From positions 136,216,001 through 136,280,000 of the forward strand of contig CM059432.1 in the NCBI GenBank assembly GCA_030390025.1: a stretch of 64,000 nucleotides of DNA, read 5' to 3'. The position numbers were made by a program, and so were the translations under genes. A model generated the notes under the pieces. The model saw nothing but the letters and a program-made list of their open reading frames with translations, ran no database searches and was not told the origin of the DNA. Below are positions 49,801 through 62,423 of the stretch, piece after piece (the stretch's first letter is position 1; every line of letters begins with the position of its first letter). Origin of the DNA: Squalus acanthias (taxonomy: Eukaryota).

Positions 49801-52800
49801 TGAAGGTAGTAGTAGTATTAGGTCTGAAAATTCTCTCTCTCTCTCTCTCTCTCTGAGATGCTACTCATTTTGCATCCAGGTCCTCTCACAGCAAAGGCCA
49901 GGCAATCTCTGAGACCAGGCAGTCTCTGACCTGCAATGATGACATCATCAGAGGCGACTTTCAGACTGAAAACACTAATTGGTTCATGGGTTCCCACATG
50001 CTAGAACTCAATTGCCCAATTAAGTGAAAATTGCATCAATCTCCCACATCCAATTGCAGTCGGGTGGATAACACGAAAAGCGGATGACACGACCCCAACC
50101 CGCCCCAGTATCAAAATCCAGCCCTATGTTTCTGTTTTGTTTAAATGACTCCAAAGTGTAGAAAATGTTATTTTTTAGCATAAAAATAATTTCTTAATGA
50201 GGTCAAAAGAGCATTACAGGCTTAAAATATCCTCAACCTAAGTAATTTTGCAACTGCTCTCAGGCTTCCATGAGGTCCAGGATGGGGACAGATGTGATCC
50301 TGAGCCAGTTTGGTGTTGTGAACGTGAACGCACTGCCATTTGGGATTATTACACTGTAAAAGGTTTCAATTTACAAATTAATGGGATGTATCTGGGGCTA
50401 GCTTATCATTGAAAGGTATTGGGCCCTGTAACCATTGTCTTGCAATCCCCAAAACTAGTTTTATTTTGACATGTGAAATACCTGTAACTCTTCCATGATC
50501 AGTTTTTTTTTAGCTTGAAGAATAGAGTTACAATAGGCTTCAAAAGAATGGAAAATGCACCATAAAAATGTCGAAAACCAAAACTTGTTGGCAGGGAGGA
50601 GGGAAAACTACTTTCCACCAAAAATAAAACCTGCAACTTCACTATTCATATCATTTCTAAATCCACCATTGCTGAAAAATATGCAGTGTCACCCGTGGCT
50701 CAGTTGGCAGTACTCTCACCTCTGAGTCACATAGGTCGTGGGTTCAAGTCCCACTCCAGAGACTTGAGCACAAAATCTAGCGCAGTACTGTCGGAGGTGC
50801 CGTCTTTCTGGATGAGATGTTAAACTGAGGCCCCGACTGCCTTTTCAGGTGAATGTAAAAGATCCTATGGCCCTATCTCAAAGTTGAACAGGGGAGTTGT
50901 GCCCAGTGTCCTGGTCAATATTTATCCCTCAACCAACTTCACTAAAGCATATTATCCAGTCATTATCACATTGTTGTTTGTGGGAGCTTGCTGTGCGCAA
51001 ATTGGCTGCTGTATTTTGTACATTACAACGGTGACCGCACTTCAAAATTACTTTATTGGCTGTAAAGCGCTTTGGGATGTCCTGATGTTGTCAAAGATGA
51101 GATGGCCCAGAAATTTGACTTGGAGGCTTGCCGCGGGGGTAAGGATCGCGCGCTATATCACCTACCGCGCCTGCCGTTCTTGTTTGCCCCCGCAGGAACT
51201 TCGGGTCCTGGGCCTCTCCCTAGTGCCGGCGCGCAGTGTGTGCATGTCCCAGGGGCGCAGTTAGTGCGATGCGACCCCTGGGATCACGTGGGCCATGGAG
51301 AGCCAATGGCAGCAGACCAGTCAAATCTGTGAATTGAAATCGGCCCCAAAAGAACAGCTAAACCTCAAATATTTTTTTTAAAAACCCATCACATTAATAA
51401 AATAACTATAGTTAAATAAATTAACCACTTTAAACAAAAATTTAAATTTTTAAAAAGTTATAAAAATAAACTTACCTTTCTTTAAAGTCTCTAAAAAAGA
51501 TAAACCTGTTGAAAAAAATTTAAAATTATACTTAATTAACTACTTACCTTGTTCAAAAGGGGTCTTATGCCTCCTTTTTACTTGTGTAGCATCTTCCATA
51601 CTTACCCTCGCGTTGAAACCTGAAAAAAAACCTAAGTGCGCTGCGTGCGCGCAGCCTCTAGCGCGCACGCGGTTCACCTAGGAATCGCCCCCTTCGCCAT
51701 ACCAGAAGTTCTGGTTTCCCGCGCATGAGCAGTGCATGCAGGAAACTGCCACTTCGGGAACGAATACGGGTGAGTACGCATTGAGTACTCACCCGAGAAC
51801 GGCCGAATTTTTGGGCCGATATGTTAACGCGAGTCTTTCTTTGTTTTCTTAGGTTTTTTTTCTCCTGTAATAAAAGCGTTTGAATGTTGAATACACCTAC
51901 AGCTTAAGTGATGACAAATTTGTGTCCTCAGCACTTTCATTCTAATTCCTTGTTTCCGTGTGTCTGTGTTTAGGGCTGTTTTTAAGTGATCATCTTCTTT
52001 TCGAAGTTGTCTGTGTCAGTTTTAGCCAGATTGTCATACACGCTGACCTCAGATTACCCATTTGTGTAAAGTACATCCACATTCTAAAGAATTTTACGGG
52101 TAATTTTGCAAGTATGTGTTGGTGGTAAGCAAGATTTCCCACCACCGGCCCCGAGTCAGAAAAGTATCTCAACATTTTTTTACAAAAAATTGGGAAATAA
52201 ATATTGAGCTTCTTGGAGTCTGTTGAACAGCACATATAATATATTGAATCAAGGGATATGGGGATCGGGCGGGAAAGTGGAGTTGAGGTCGATGATCAGC
52301 CATGATATTATTGAATGGCGGAGCAGGCTCGAGGGGCCGTATGGTCTACTCCTGCTCCTATATCTTATGTTCTTAAATTATCTTATCACCTGTATTCTAA
52401 ATGAATCACTGTCTGATATTAAGATAAGACATATATGCTTTTGTGATAAAGTATGCAAGGACTTGTCAGAGGTGACATCTTTCGGATGAGGCGCTAAACC
52501 AAAGCCTTGTCTGCTCTCTCAAGTGGACATAAAAGATGCCACGGCACTATTTTGAAGAATAGTAGGGGAGTTCTCCTTGGTGTCCTGGCCAATATTTATC
52601 CCTCAACCAACATCACTAAAACATATTTGTCTGGTCATTATCTCATTGCTGTTTGTGGGAGCTTGCTGTGAGCAATTTGGCTGCCACGTTTCCTATATTA
52701 TAACAGTGACTACACTTCAAAAGGTACTTCATTGGCTTTAAAGCACTTTGGGGAGTCCTGAGGTCGTGAAAGATGCTTCATAAATGCAAGTCTTTCTTTT

Positions 52801-53563
52801 CTTTCACTAATACAGTTGGATTTACAAACCATGGTGGGAGCGGGAATTCAGGCACCAAGGTCGGTACCCCTCGAATGAAAGGAAAGGGAGAAATTTAGGG
52901 GATGAGGTCACTTTGCCCTTCACCTACAACACAGAGAGGAAAACATCAGCCACCGTGGTCAGCAGTTGCCCACTCTACCCTAGCACAAGACACCTTCATA
53001 GATTAGAAAGCAGGGTGATGTCTAGAATTTGAGCCACATCCTGAGGACACTATGGCTTCGGCCAGCTGTAACATGACATTACACGGCAGTACACAAGGCA
53101 ACTGGACACAACCGGACATGCAAATTGGTATAACAACAGAAAACGCTGGAAAAACTCAGCAGGCCAGGCAACATCCGTGGAGAGAGAAACAGAGTTAACG
53201 TTTCAGGTCGAAACCCTTCGTCGGAACTGAGAGAAGAGCAGGAAATTAAACAGATAAAAATGCAAGGGGGAGGCTGGGGAGAGGAATTAAAGAACAAAAG
53301 GGGTGGTCTATGGTAAGTAGAGACATTAAGAGATGCTCAAGGCAAGACGAGATGGTAATGGGACAGGTTAAGAAACAAAAGGTGAAGTGTGAAATGCTGG
53401 CAGAATGAGAGAAAGCTGCCGTAGGGGGAGAGAGAGAAAAAAAAGGAAAAAGGCACGGACCAAAAGGGTGGATAAAATGTATATATATGTGGTAGGGGCC
53501 AGGGTTATGATCTGAAATTGTTGAACTCGATATTGAGTCCGGAAGGCTGTAAAGTGCCTAAAC
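44217..53563. repeat. Right (donor) arm of the inverted duplication
   Basis: Both ends run on seamlessly into their host elements (CR1 ORF2 on the left, Penelope GIY-YIG on the right). Confidence 0.97.
49437..50124. mobile_element. Harbinger-type MITE (family A)
   Basis: Both GGGCTGGATTTT TIRs and a TAT TSD. Confidence 0.9.
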
Positions 53564-53760
53564 GAAAGATGAGGTGCTGTTCCTCGAGCTTACGCTGAGC
53601 TTCCGTGGAACAATGCACGAGGCCGAGGACGGTGAGGTCTGAGTGGGCGTGGAGGGGTGAATTAAAATGGCAAGCAACCGGAAGCTCGGGGTCACCCTTA
53701 CGGACTGAACGGAGGTGTTCCGCAAAGCGGTCACCCAATCTGCGTTTGGTCTCCCCAATG
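53130..53760 (-). mobile_element. Penelope-like retroelement 3' fragment with GIY-YIG endonuclease C-terminus
   Basis: IGETKRRLGDRFAEH..PVACHFN..RKLEEQHLIFRLGTLQPSGLN (53505-53760). Confidence 0.88.
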
Positions 53761-53809
53761 CAAATTGATATCTTTGTCAATTTATTGGGGGTCATATTAG
53801 GATGATAAC

Positions 53810-54225
53810 ACAACTGAGAGATTATACCTATCAGGAAAGATCAAACAGGCTGGAGCTCTCTTCTCTAGAAAAGAGAAACCTCAGAGGTGACCCGATAGAG
53901 GTCTTTAAAATTATGAAGGGAGTTCGATAGGTTTAGACGCAGAGAAGATGATTCCACTTGTGGGGGAGTCCAAAACAAGGGCCATAAATATAAGACGATC
54001 GCAAATAAATTCAAAGAGGAATTCAGGAGAAACTTCTTTACTCAGAGAGTGGTGAGAATGTCGCTACCACATGCAGTGGTTGACGCGATGAGGACATGAG
54101 GGAGAAAGGAACAGAAGGATATGTCGATAGGGTTAGATGAAGTAAATAGAGTTGGAGGAGACTCGTGTGGAGCATAAAGACCGGCATAGACTTGTTTGGT
54201 CTATTTCTGTGCTTTAAATTCTATG
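53810..54225 (+). mobile_element. Degenerate CR1 3' fragment
   Basis: LFSLEKR..IEVFKIMKG..RRNFFTQRVVRM remnants and TTCTATG end. Confidence 0.78.
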
Positions 54226-54227
54226 TC

Positions 54228-54365
54228 ATTTTAACTTTTGGGCGATAGTATAAAATGGGCGATATCTAATTGGCTGCCCATTATACGGCCCATCTGATTT
54301 TCCTTTCCATTGGCTAATTCGATAGCAGCCATTTTACACTATCGCTCAAAGTTAAAATTACCACC
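54228..54365. mobile_element. Small palindromic MITE; partial relative at ~59006-59110
   Basis: ATTTTAACTTTTGGGCGATAGTATAAAATGG pairs with CCATTTTACACTATCGCTCAAAGTTAAAAT. Confidence 0.65.
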
Positions 54366-54974
54366 ATTGACTCAACTAGTTTTCAATCAATGATCCTGCG
54401 CCCTGCAGATCAGGAATTGTTTAACGCAAGACTCCAATATCTCACCCAAATGTCCAGGCAAGGAGCAGCAGCAGGCTATTTTACCATGGGGGCCATCAGA
54501 GCCAAGCTCACCTGACCTCACCTGACATAGACAACCTCCCACTTTCCGGCAAGGTTCACTGGCTAGTGATTGGGAGCTGACCTTTCACCCCTCCCTATCC
54601 TGGAGCACTGAGACCAATTACATTCATTCACAAAGCCACTGGGGAGCCCACAGTTCCACCCTTTGATGAAGCCTGCCACATGGGCACTTCATTTGCTTAT
54701 TTATATTGCATTTCCTCTGTGCGTTATGTGTAGCAACGGAAACCTTCACCGTGTGATCATAGAATTGGCTACGCCAGATAATTCGTTTAATTAATTTGAC
54801 AGGGCGCCACTTGTTTGAAGACATTAGGACACCAATGTATATGTTGCAACAGTGCATGGTTTAGACAAACCCTCCAGTGAAGATGGAGGGAATGCTGCAT
54901 TGTTGCAAAGGAGAAACAAGAAGAAAGAACTGTAGTTATATGTGAAGTCAAATCAAGGTCCCAAGCCCTGTTCC

Positions 54975-55235
54975 GATGGCTGATAAAGATCCCAAGGCAC
55001 TATTCAAAGAATAGCAAGCAGTTCTTGCTGATATGTTGCCCAGAATTCTCCCTCAAATAACACCACCAGAAATAAACACTGGATTACCGGTCATTCACCT
55101 CATTGCTGCTTGTTCGGTGTCACTATTACAGACTGACTGCCTCACTTGTCTACATAACAACTGTTACTGTACTTCAAAAAAGTGATTGAATGCCCAAAGC
55201 ACTTTGAGATGCTTTGATGATATGTCAATGCACTA
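54975..55235 (+). mobile_element. Old diverged DeuSINE core
   Basis: TAAAGATCCCAAGGCACTATTCAAAGAA..CTCATTGCTG..AAAGCACTTTGAGATG is colinear with 57790-58030. Confidence 0.55.
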
Positions 55236-55349
55236 TATCAGCACACGTATCATTACTAACAGTGCTTCTTACAGTGTACAAAACTTATAAACCCATCCGA
55301 CACTTAAGGCATTCCCTGACTATCACCTGCAATCATTTTCTATCGGACA

Positions 55350-55686
55350 AGAAAGAAAGAATGAAAGAAAGAAAGACTTGCATTTATATAGCGCCTTTCA
55401 CGACCTCAGGACGTCCCAAAGCACTGTACAGCCAATGAAGTACTTTTGAAGTGTAATCGCTGTTGTAATGTAGGAAACGTGGCAGCCAATTTGCGCACAG
55501 CAAGCTCCCACTAACAGCAAATGCGATAATGACCAGATCATCTGTTTTAGTGATGTTGGTTGAGGAATAAATATTGGCTGGACACCAGGGAGAACTCCCC
55601 TACTCTTCTTCGCAATAGTGCCGTGGGATCTTTTACGTCTACCTGAGAGAGCAGACGGGGCCTCAGTTTTAATGTCGCATCCGAAG
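55350..55686 (-). mobile_element. DeuSINE (SacSINE1-like), 5'-truncated
   Basis: (GAAA)n tail and conserved body. Confidence 0.82.
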
Positions 55687-56234
55687 TCTGAAAAACAAAG
55701 CCTGGCTCTATTATAGCCATAATAGTCCCATGAAAGAATTGTCTGTAAGAAACTTCATAATAGGGTAAAGGTCTTAAACACTAGTTCAGATACAACATAA
55801 TACCTTCCATGTTTAACAGTGATGGAAAATATTAACTAGGCGCATTTCAGGCTCTCCTCTCCTGTAATTATTCTTTTTACTGTTGTTTAATTACTTTGGC
55901 GGTAACCGTTACTGGCTGCAACTACAGTGCAGTGAAACATGCGGATAGGCAGTAAATCCACCCAAATTTGGATTAACACTTGAAATCCCATTTTAAATAA
56001 CTTCAGCCAGACACAACTGCAAAGAGGGAAAATTCAAATCACTTGTGTGTTATGTAGTCTGGTTCCACCTTTATGCATTTTCCACTATTGGATGTAGCCA
56101 GCAGATTGAAATATATAAATGACAACTTCAGGCATTTTGGTGACAGTTCAGCACAGAAACTTCGACACAAGTGGTGGAGGCGGTGCTAGGAGGGTGAAGT
56201 GGGCAGCACACTTGCTTCTGGGCCAGAAGGCTGT

Positions 56235-56889
56235 GGGCTGGATTTTGATACTGGGGCGGGTTGGGGTCGTGTCATCCGCTTTTCGTGTTATCCACCCGAC
56301 TGCAATTGGATGTGGGAGATTGATGGAATTTTCACCTAATTGGGCAATTGAGTTCCAGCATGTGGGAACCCATGAACCAATTAGTGTTTTCAGTCTGAAA
56401 GTCGCCTCTGATGATGTCATCATTGCTGCTGCATTGAAGGTCAGAGACTGCCTGGCCTTTGCTGTGAGAGGACCTAGATGCACAATGAGAGAGAGAAAAA
56501 AAGAATTTTTTTGCACCACCACTCCCAGATATGGCTCCTCCATCCCAGATGCCTGCCAGCCCCAGTCACTGATAGTCAGCTATCCAAATGTGCTCCCGCC
56601 AGGCTTCACAATCGTGGTTCAGAACAGGCGTGCTTCACGGAGAACAAGGGTTAAAATCACAAAGGCCTTTCAAAATGGCATTATAGAGGCAATTTAGTGC
56701 TTGTTAAGAGCCTTAACAGCCTATCCCGTCTCTTAGAGGCGGGACGGAGTCGGGACCAGCAGACACGATTTAATGAAAATTGCGTGGAGGCGGGATGGAG
56801 GCGGACTTGTGCCCGCCCGCCAGTTTTTGCAATTTTAACCCCCCACACGCCTCCAAACCTGCCTCCACGGGTCAATGAAAATCCAGCCC
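56235..56889. mobile_element. Harbinger-type MITE (family A)
   Basis: GGGCTGGATTTT TIRs with TGT/TAT flanks. Confidence 0.88.
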
Positions 56890-57764
56890 TATGGGTTCAG
56901 ACCCCACAACATGATTTGGGTGCAAAATCTGGCTTAATGGCTCTATTACAGGATTAGGGGAACTGCATTGTCAGAGGTGCTACCCTCTGGGTGAGGTCTT
57001 AACCAAGGCCCTAGCAGTGGCAATGGCAGTTAAGGATCCCTTTGGCACTATTTGAAGAGCAGAGTGTTCTTCTGGTGTCCTGGGCCAACATTTCTCGCTC
57101 AGAATCAAGAGCGATATTGGCAGACACCAGTGAGCAGGTTGGCTCTCTGCCCTTTCAGACAGTGAGTGCAGGCGTGACCCAGGGAGACAACCTCACATTT
57201 TACATTGGATATATGAGCAGAGAAAAGCTTGGTTGCAGCACGAAGCAAAATGAACATTTTAATCTTGCGTTGCTTTCTGGACGTGGCACACAAACCTTAC
57301 CGCAGCCCTCTGAGAGTTAAACATATTATTGTATAACAGCAGAACACAGTAAAGGGAACCTGGATAATTCCCCAGTATCTGTCTCAAACATCACTGACTT
57401 TAAACAGTTTACCACAAATGTGTCTCACACAATGAAAGCACGTTAACAAAAGAACAACTTTATGCTTTTATTCCAAATGCTCTAAAACATATATCTTTTA
57501 TTGTACGTTGTAAAAGTTACCTAATTAACCGTTACCCTCCAATGAACTTGGGGTACTTCCGCTCTTAAAATTGATTACATTATAGAAATTGTTGGCTATT
57601 TACTGTCTCTAGCAGCATGGTGAGATCTGGCTTCATAATCTCTGGCGCTTGCTCTGCTGAAGTGCCTACTGTCTGGGTTGCCATGTTTAGTACCTGCAAG
57701 GTGGGTGTACGTGTCAGGATCACGGAAAAGCAACTCTCAAAGGTTCTCACTGGGCTGAAGTGAC

Positions 57765-58061
57765 GAGGCCCCGTCTGCCCTCTCCGGTGGACGTAAAAGA
57801 TCCTACGACACTATTTTGAAGAAGAGCAGGGGAGTCCTGGCCAATATTTATCCCTCAACCAACATCACTAAAAACACAGATTATCTGGTCATTATCACAT
57901 TGCTGTTTGTGGGAGCTTGCTGTGTGCAAATTGGCTGCTGCGTTTCCTACATTACAACAGTGACTACACTTCAGAAACGCACTTCATTGGCTATAAAGCG
58001 CTTTGGCATGTCCTGAGGTCATGAAAGGCACTATAGGAATGCAAGTCTTTCTTTCTTTCTT
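57765..58061 (+). mobile_element. DeuSINE (SacSINE1-like), 5'-truncated
   Basis: Conserved body and (CTTT)n tail. Confidence 0.82.
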
Positions 58062-58664
58062 TTACTATGGAGCAATGCATAATATAGACATTGCGGGTTA
58101 AAGGCGAAAGGTTGATAGGAGAAGAAAGCAGTAGGATCAGGACAACCTGTGGCGGACACATGGCCCTCAAACCATTGGTTAAATAGGCAGCTCACCTTTA
58201 CTTATACTTACATTTCTTGTTAGTTTGTTCTGTCTGAACTTTGTGGACCTGGAGGTTTGAAAAGGCTTGGAAAGGTTTGTTGTTAGTGGCTTTTGTTTAA
58301 TTGGTGGACCATTTCCAAATCAGAATATCAAGATCTGTTAGCGTCCACAGCTTCAGATATATGAAAATTAATGGTCCCCTGAACTAACATCTCCCAAGAA
58401 CAAAAAGCTTGTGCATTCCTGTAATAGGGGCCCAAACAAGAAAGAAAAATAGCAATATCTATGCAGAGTTTTCCAAGATTTTCTTTCAAAGCTGTTCCCC
58501 CACCCCCCAGTTTCCCTCCCCTTCTCTACTAAAGCCAGTGATTCACACTGGGGTATTGTTCCACATGCACCTCACTCAAGTGACCATTCCTCATGTGTGA
58601 ACCTGTGAAGTAAGCTATTCAATTGATATCCAGCTTCCTAGTATTGCACATATGGGCATGATCT

Positions 58665-58845
58665 AAGATCTGGAATTCCCTCCCTGAACCTCTCCGACTC
58701 TCGATATCTCTCTCTTTAAAACCTACCTCTTTCCTGTCCTAATATCTCCTTATGTGTCAAATTTTGTTTGTTACGCTTCTGTGAAGTACCTTGGGACGTT
58801 TTACTATGATAAAGGCGCTATATAAATGCAAGTTGTCGTTGTTAT
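58665..58845 (+). mobile_element. L2 3' end fragment
   Basis: CTTGGGACGTTTTACTATGATAAAGGCGCTATATAAATGCAAGTTG(TTG)n. Confidence 0.75.
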
Positions 58846-59116
58846 TGATCTGTTTGTGTTTGTGGGAAAAACCAACTTCCCTGTCAGGCAAGTACCATTT
58901 TCCCTTCGAGCAGCAGTGTGGGGGGTGGGAGCAGGGAGGGGACATCTATGGTTAATGAATTTAGGAAACATCTTTGTTATGACATTACTAGAGATGGGTC
59001 ACATAGGGGGGGTAATTTTAACTTTGGGTGATGATCGATACTGAATTATCCTCCCATTATACACCACATCAGATTTTCCCTTCCACTGATTTGAATGAAC
59101 AGGAAAATGAGACGTG

Positions 59117-59427
59117 GGGCTGGATTTTCATTGACTCGTGGAGGTGGGTTTGGAGGCGTGTGGGGGGTTAAAATCGCGAAAACTGGTGGGCGGGCACAAG
59201 TCCGCCTCCATCCCGCCTCCATGCAATTTTCATTAAATCGTGTCTGCTGGTCCCGACTCCGTCCCACCTCTAAGAGGCGGGATAGGCTGTTAAGGCTCTT
59301 AACAAGCACTAAATTGCCTCTATAATGCCATTTTGAAAGGCCTTTGTGATTTTAACCCTTTTTCTATGTGAAGCACGCCTGTTCTGAACCATGAATGTGA
59401 AACCTGGCGGGAGCACATTTGGCTGGT

Positions 59428-59458
<31 letters not shown>

Positions 59459-59809
59459 TCGACTGATCGATCTGGGAGTGGTGGTGAATGGGAGACATAT
59501 CTGGGAGTGGTGGTGCAAAAATATCTGGGAGCAGACTTAGGGCTGCTGCTGCTCATTTTGCATCCAGGTCCTCTCACAGCAAAGGCCAGGCAGTCTTTGC
59601 AAACCTTCAATGCAGCAGCAATGATGACATCATCAGAGGCGACTTTCAGACTGAAAACACTAATTGGTTCATGGGTTCCCACATGCTGGAACTCAATTGC
59701 CCAATTAGGTGAAAATCGCATCAATCTCCCACATCCAATTGCAGTCGGGTGGATAACACAAAAAGTGGATAACATGACCCCAACCCACCTCAGTATCAAA
59801 ATCCAGCCC
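59117..59809. mobile_element. Harbinger-type MITE (family A)
   Basis: Both TIRs, GTG TSD and an internal (TGGC)n expansion. Confidence 0.9.
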
Positions 59810-59977
59810 GTGGTGTATAATGAGTGGATAATTCAATATCATCAAGTTAAAGTTACCCCCTGTTTGTCCTATACACTCATGTTGTAGATAAAGATACTGA
59901 ATTATATGCAAATGAAACTGCGTAGAGATATCAGTCTATGTTAACTGCCCGTTCCTATAATCTAACAGTTAATTCAG

Positions 59978-60246
59978 AGCCCCGATTTTAACTCCAGGTG
60001 GATTCCCCGCTCAGGCCTGAATTAAAATTACAGTCGGGTCTCAATGATGTCATCGGGCCGCAACATGCATATGGAAAGAAGGACCCCGTTGGCTCCGGGC
60101 GCCTGTCCTTGCTGCCTGCTCAGGAGAGCAGGTTAAAATTGCCGACGTTGCGATCGTGGCGGCTTTCGGACAGGTGAGAGCCAGGGGCGATTTTAACTGC
60201 CCACCCGCCAGGTTTCTGCTGAGCGAGTCGGGTTAAAATCAGCCCC
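59978..60246. mobile_element. Short MITE-like element
   Basis: CCGATTTTAAC / GTTAAAATCAGCCCC ends with internal copies of the same motif. TSD not clear. Confidence 0.55.
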
Positions 60247-60390
60247 AACAGATACTGCATAGCTGCAAAATCCACCTTCACGTCAGGAACCACCTTTCAC
60301 CATCTACGGCAGGACGATAAGAAACACAATTACATGTCCTGCGAGTTGTATCCAGGCCATAACTTGCCACAAAAGCCTATCCTTTCCAGC

Positions 60391-60396
60391 CTCTCT

Positions 60397-60427
<31 letters not shown>

Positions 60428-60440
60428 CCTCTCTCTCTCA
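60391..60440. repeat. (CT)n/(CA)n microsatellite
   Basis: Direct inspection. Confidence 0.9.
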
Positions 60441-60805
60441 GCCCTGAAGCACTAAAGCTGTATGACACATTTGTTATTGTCTGAAAAATGATTGCCGCTG
60501 GAGTTGGAGCAATAATTGGTGTGAGATTATGTTATAGACAGCTGAAAGGTAAGGACGTAAATGGGATCAGTGACACAGCTTCTTGTTTTCCACTCTGTCA
60601 GTTTTTCCCTCAGCTATGGATTTGTTGTCATCGACTCCTGATGAACCTGCTGACACCTCTGTCACAAAATGAATTTTTCACTCCTCACTTGATTGACTCC
60701 ATTTGTCGGATGTAACTCGCAAAGTCACAAAAACAGACCCCCCACCCCCCCCTTTTACCTCACGCACTGATGTGCTTGGGCTTTGTGGCTTCGAGTTTGT
60801 TCAAG

Positions 60806-61180
60806 GAAGAACAAGCTTGCATTTTATATAGCACCTTTCACGACCTCAGGACGTCCCAAAGTGCCAATGAAGCACCTTTGAAGTGGAGTCACTGTTGCAA
60901 TGTAGGAAACACGGCAGCCAATTTGCGCACAGCAAGCTCCCACAAACAGCAATGAGATAATGATCAAATAATCTGTTTTTTTAGTGATGTTGGATGTGGA
61001 ATAAATACTGGCCAGGGCACCGGGGGAGAACTCCCCTGGTCTTCTTCCAAATAGTGTCACGGGATCTTTTACGTCCACCTGAATCAGTTTAACATCTCAT
61101 CCAAAAGACGGGACCTCTGCCAGTGTAGCACTCTCAGTACTGCTCTAGTGTGTCAGTTTAGATTATGTGTTCAAGTCTCT
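60806..61180 (-). mobile_element. DeuSINE (SacSINE1-like)
   Basis: Conserved body and tail. Confidence 0.8.
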
Positions 61181-61595
61181 GTTGGATGTACTAAAGAAAA
61201 ATGCAACTTAAGGCAGAGGTCCGCAGGCCTCAAAATAAAATGGCTAAACAATAATGGAGATAAAGCATATAGCTTAGATATTTTAAGGAGATTACTAAAA
61301 GCTTTGTTGGGTTGCCCAGGTTAAAAATGACACAGCGCGGGATTATGTAACTCTATATTTATCCATTGAAGCACGTTGGCGAGGCCAAAGACTTATGGAA
61401 ATGTACTGTGGGGTTGTTTTACACTGCATTATTATTGTTTCAAATCTTGTTTTACTAGGGCTGTGCAGAAATCCTTATCTAAGAATGTAACCATTCCAAA
61501 TTTCCTGGGGTTAGATTTCCAGGCCGGGTGGATACACAAAGTGAATATTGGACCAACTTCAAGGAGCTGTGACAAGTGAAGTACAAGGAGATGTG

Positions 61596-62423
61596 GGGGA
61601 CCATTTTGCCAGCCCTGGGGAGGCGGGTTTGGAGGCGGGACTGCCGGGAAAATGGCAGAATCTGGGGGCGGGTACCCATCCCACCCCCAACCCGCCTCCG
61701 TGCTATTTTCCCAGGAGGCGGGTACCCGACCCGCGCCGGGTCCCGTCTCCTGGAGGCGGGAAGGGGATTACAGCCACTTAAAGTTAACAGGCAGTTAAGA
61801 GGATTATCCCCATTTTTCCAGCAGAGGTGCGGGCTTCCCAACATCAGGAAACCCCGCCAGGGTCAGCGAGGCGAGCAGTGGGTCTGCGGGGGTCGGAGGG
61901 GTCCAAAAGTGCGCTGTGGAGGTGAGTGATGGGTGCAAGTGTGGAGAGGTAAGTATGTGAGGTGAGTGAAAAGTGATAGAAAAAGTTTCCTTACCTTTGA
62001 TTCTTCCTGCAGGCTTCAACCGTTGGGGATGCGGAGGCTCCGGCATCTCAGTGGCAGAGATGACAGATGGCTGCTGCATTCTCCGATGCAACAGCCATCT
62101 GCTTTCTGCTCACAAGAGAGGTTTGGTGAGTCTTGAGTACAAGAACTACCAAACAACAGAGAATGTCAGTGTCTGACAGTTTCTCAAAGCTGTCAAACGA
62201 TGACAATTCATCTGCCAAAAATGTTTGACAGATGAAACGTCATACGCTGACGTTCTCTGTAACCGGCTTCCCCTTAATTGGCCTGCTGAGCCCGCTGGGC
62301 GGGCTTAACAAGGTCAATCAAGGGAAAATAGCGTGGGTTGGCCAGACGTTGATGGAGGCGGGACTAAAACCCGACAAGCAGCAGTCCCGCCTCCAATGCG
62401 CCCCCATTGGCAAAATCACCCCC
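61596..62423. mobile_element. Harbinger-type MITE (family B), uninterrupted
   Basis: GGGG..ATTTTGCCA / TGGCAAAAT..CCCC TIRs and GTG TSD. Confidence 0.87.

Noticed and set aside
32673..53563. Giant transposon (Polinton/foldback) with 9-kb TIRs
   Set aside because: The arms are ordinary genomic DNA with mixed old TEs, the ends cut through existing elements, and there is no outer TSD or integrase/polymerase gene.
23989..59887. Recurrent 125-190-aa ORFs (..HPTAIGCGRLM..) looking like a gene family
   Set aside because: They lie in family A MITE copies; starts, stops and frames vary between copies.
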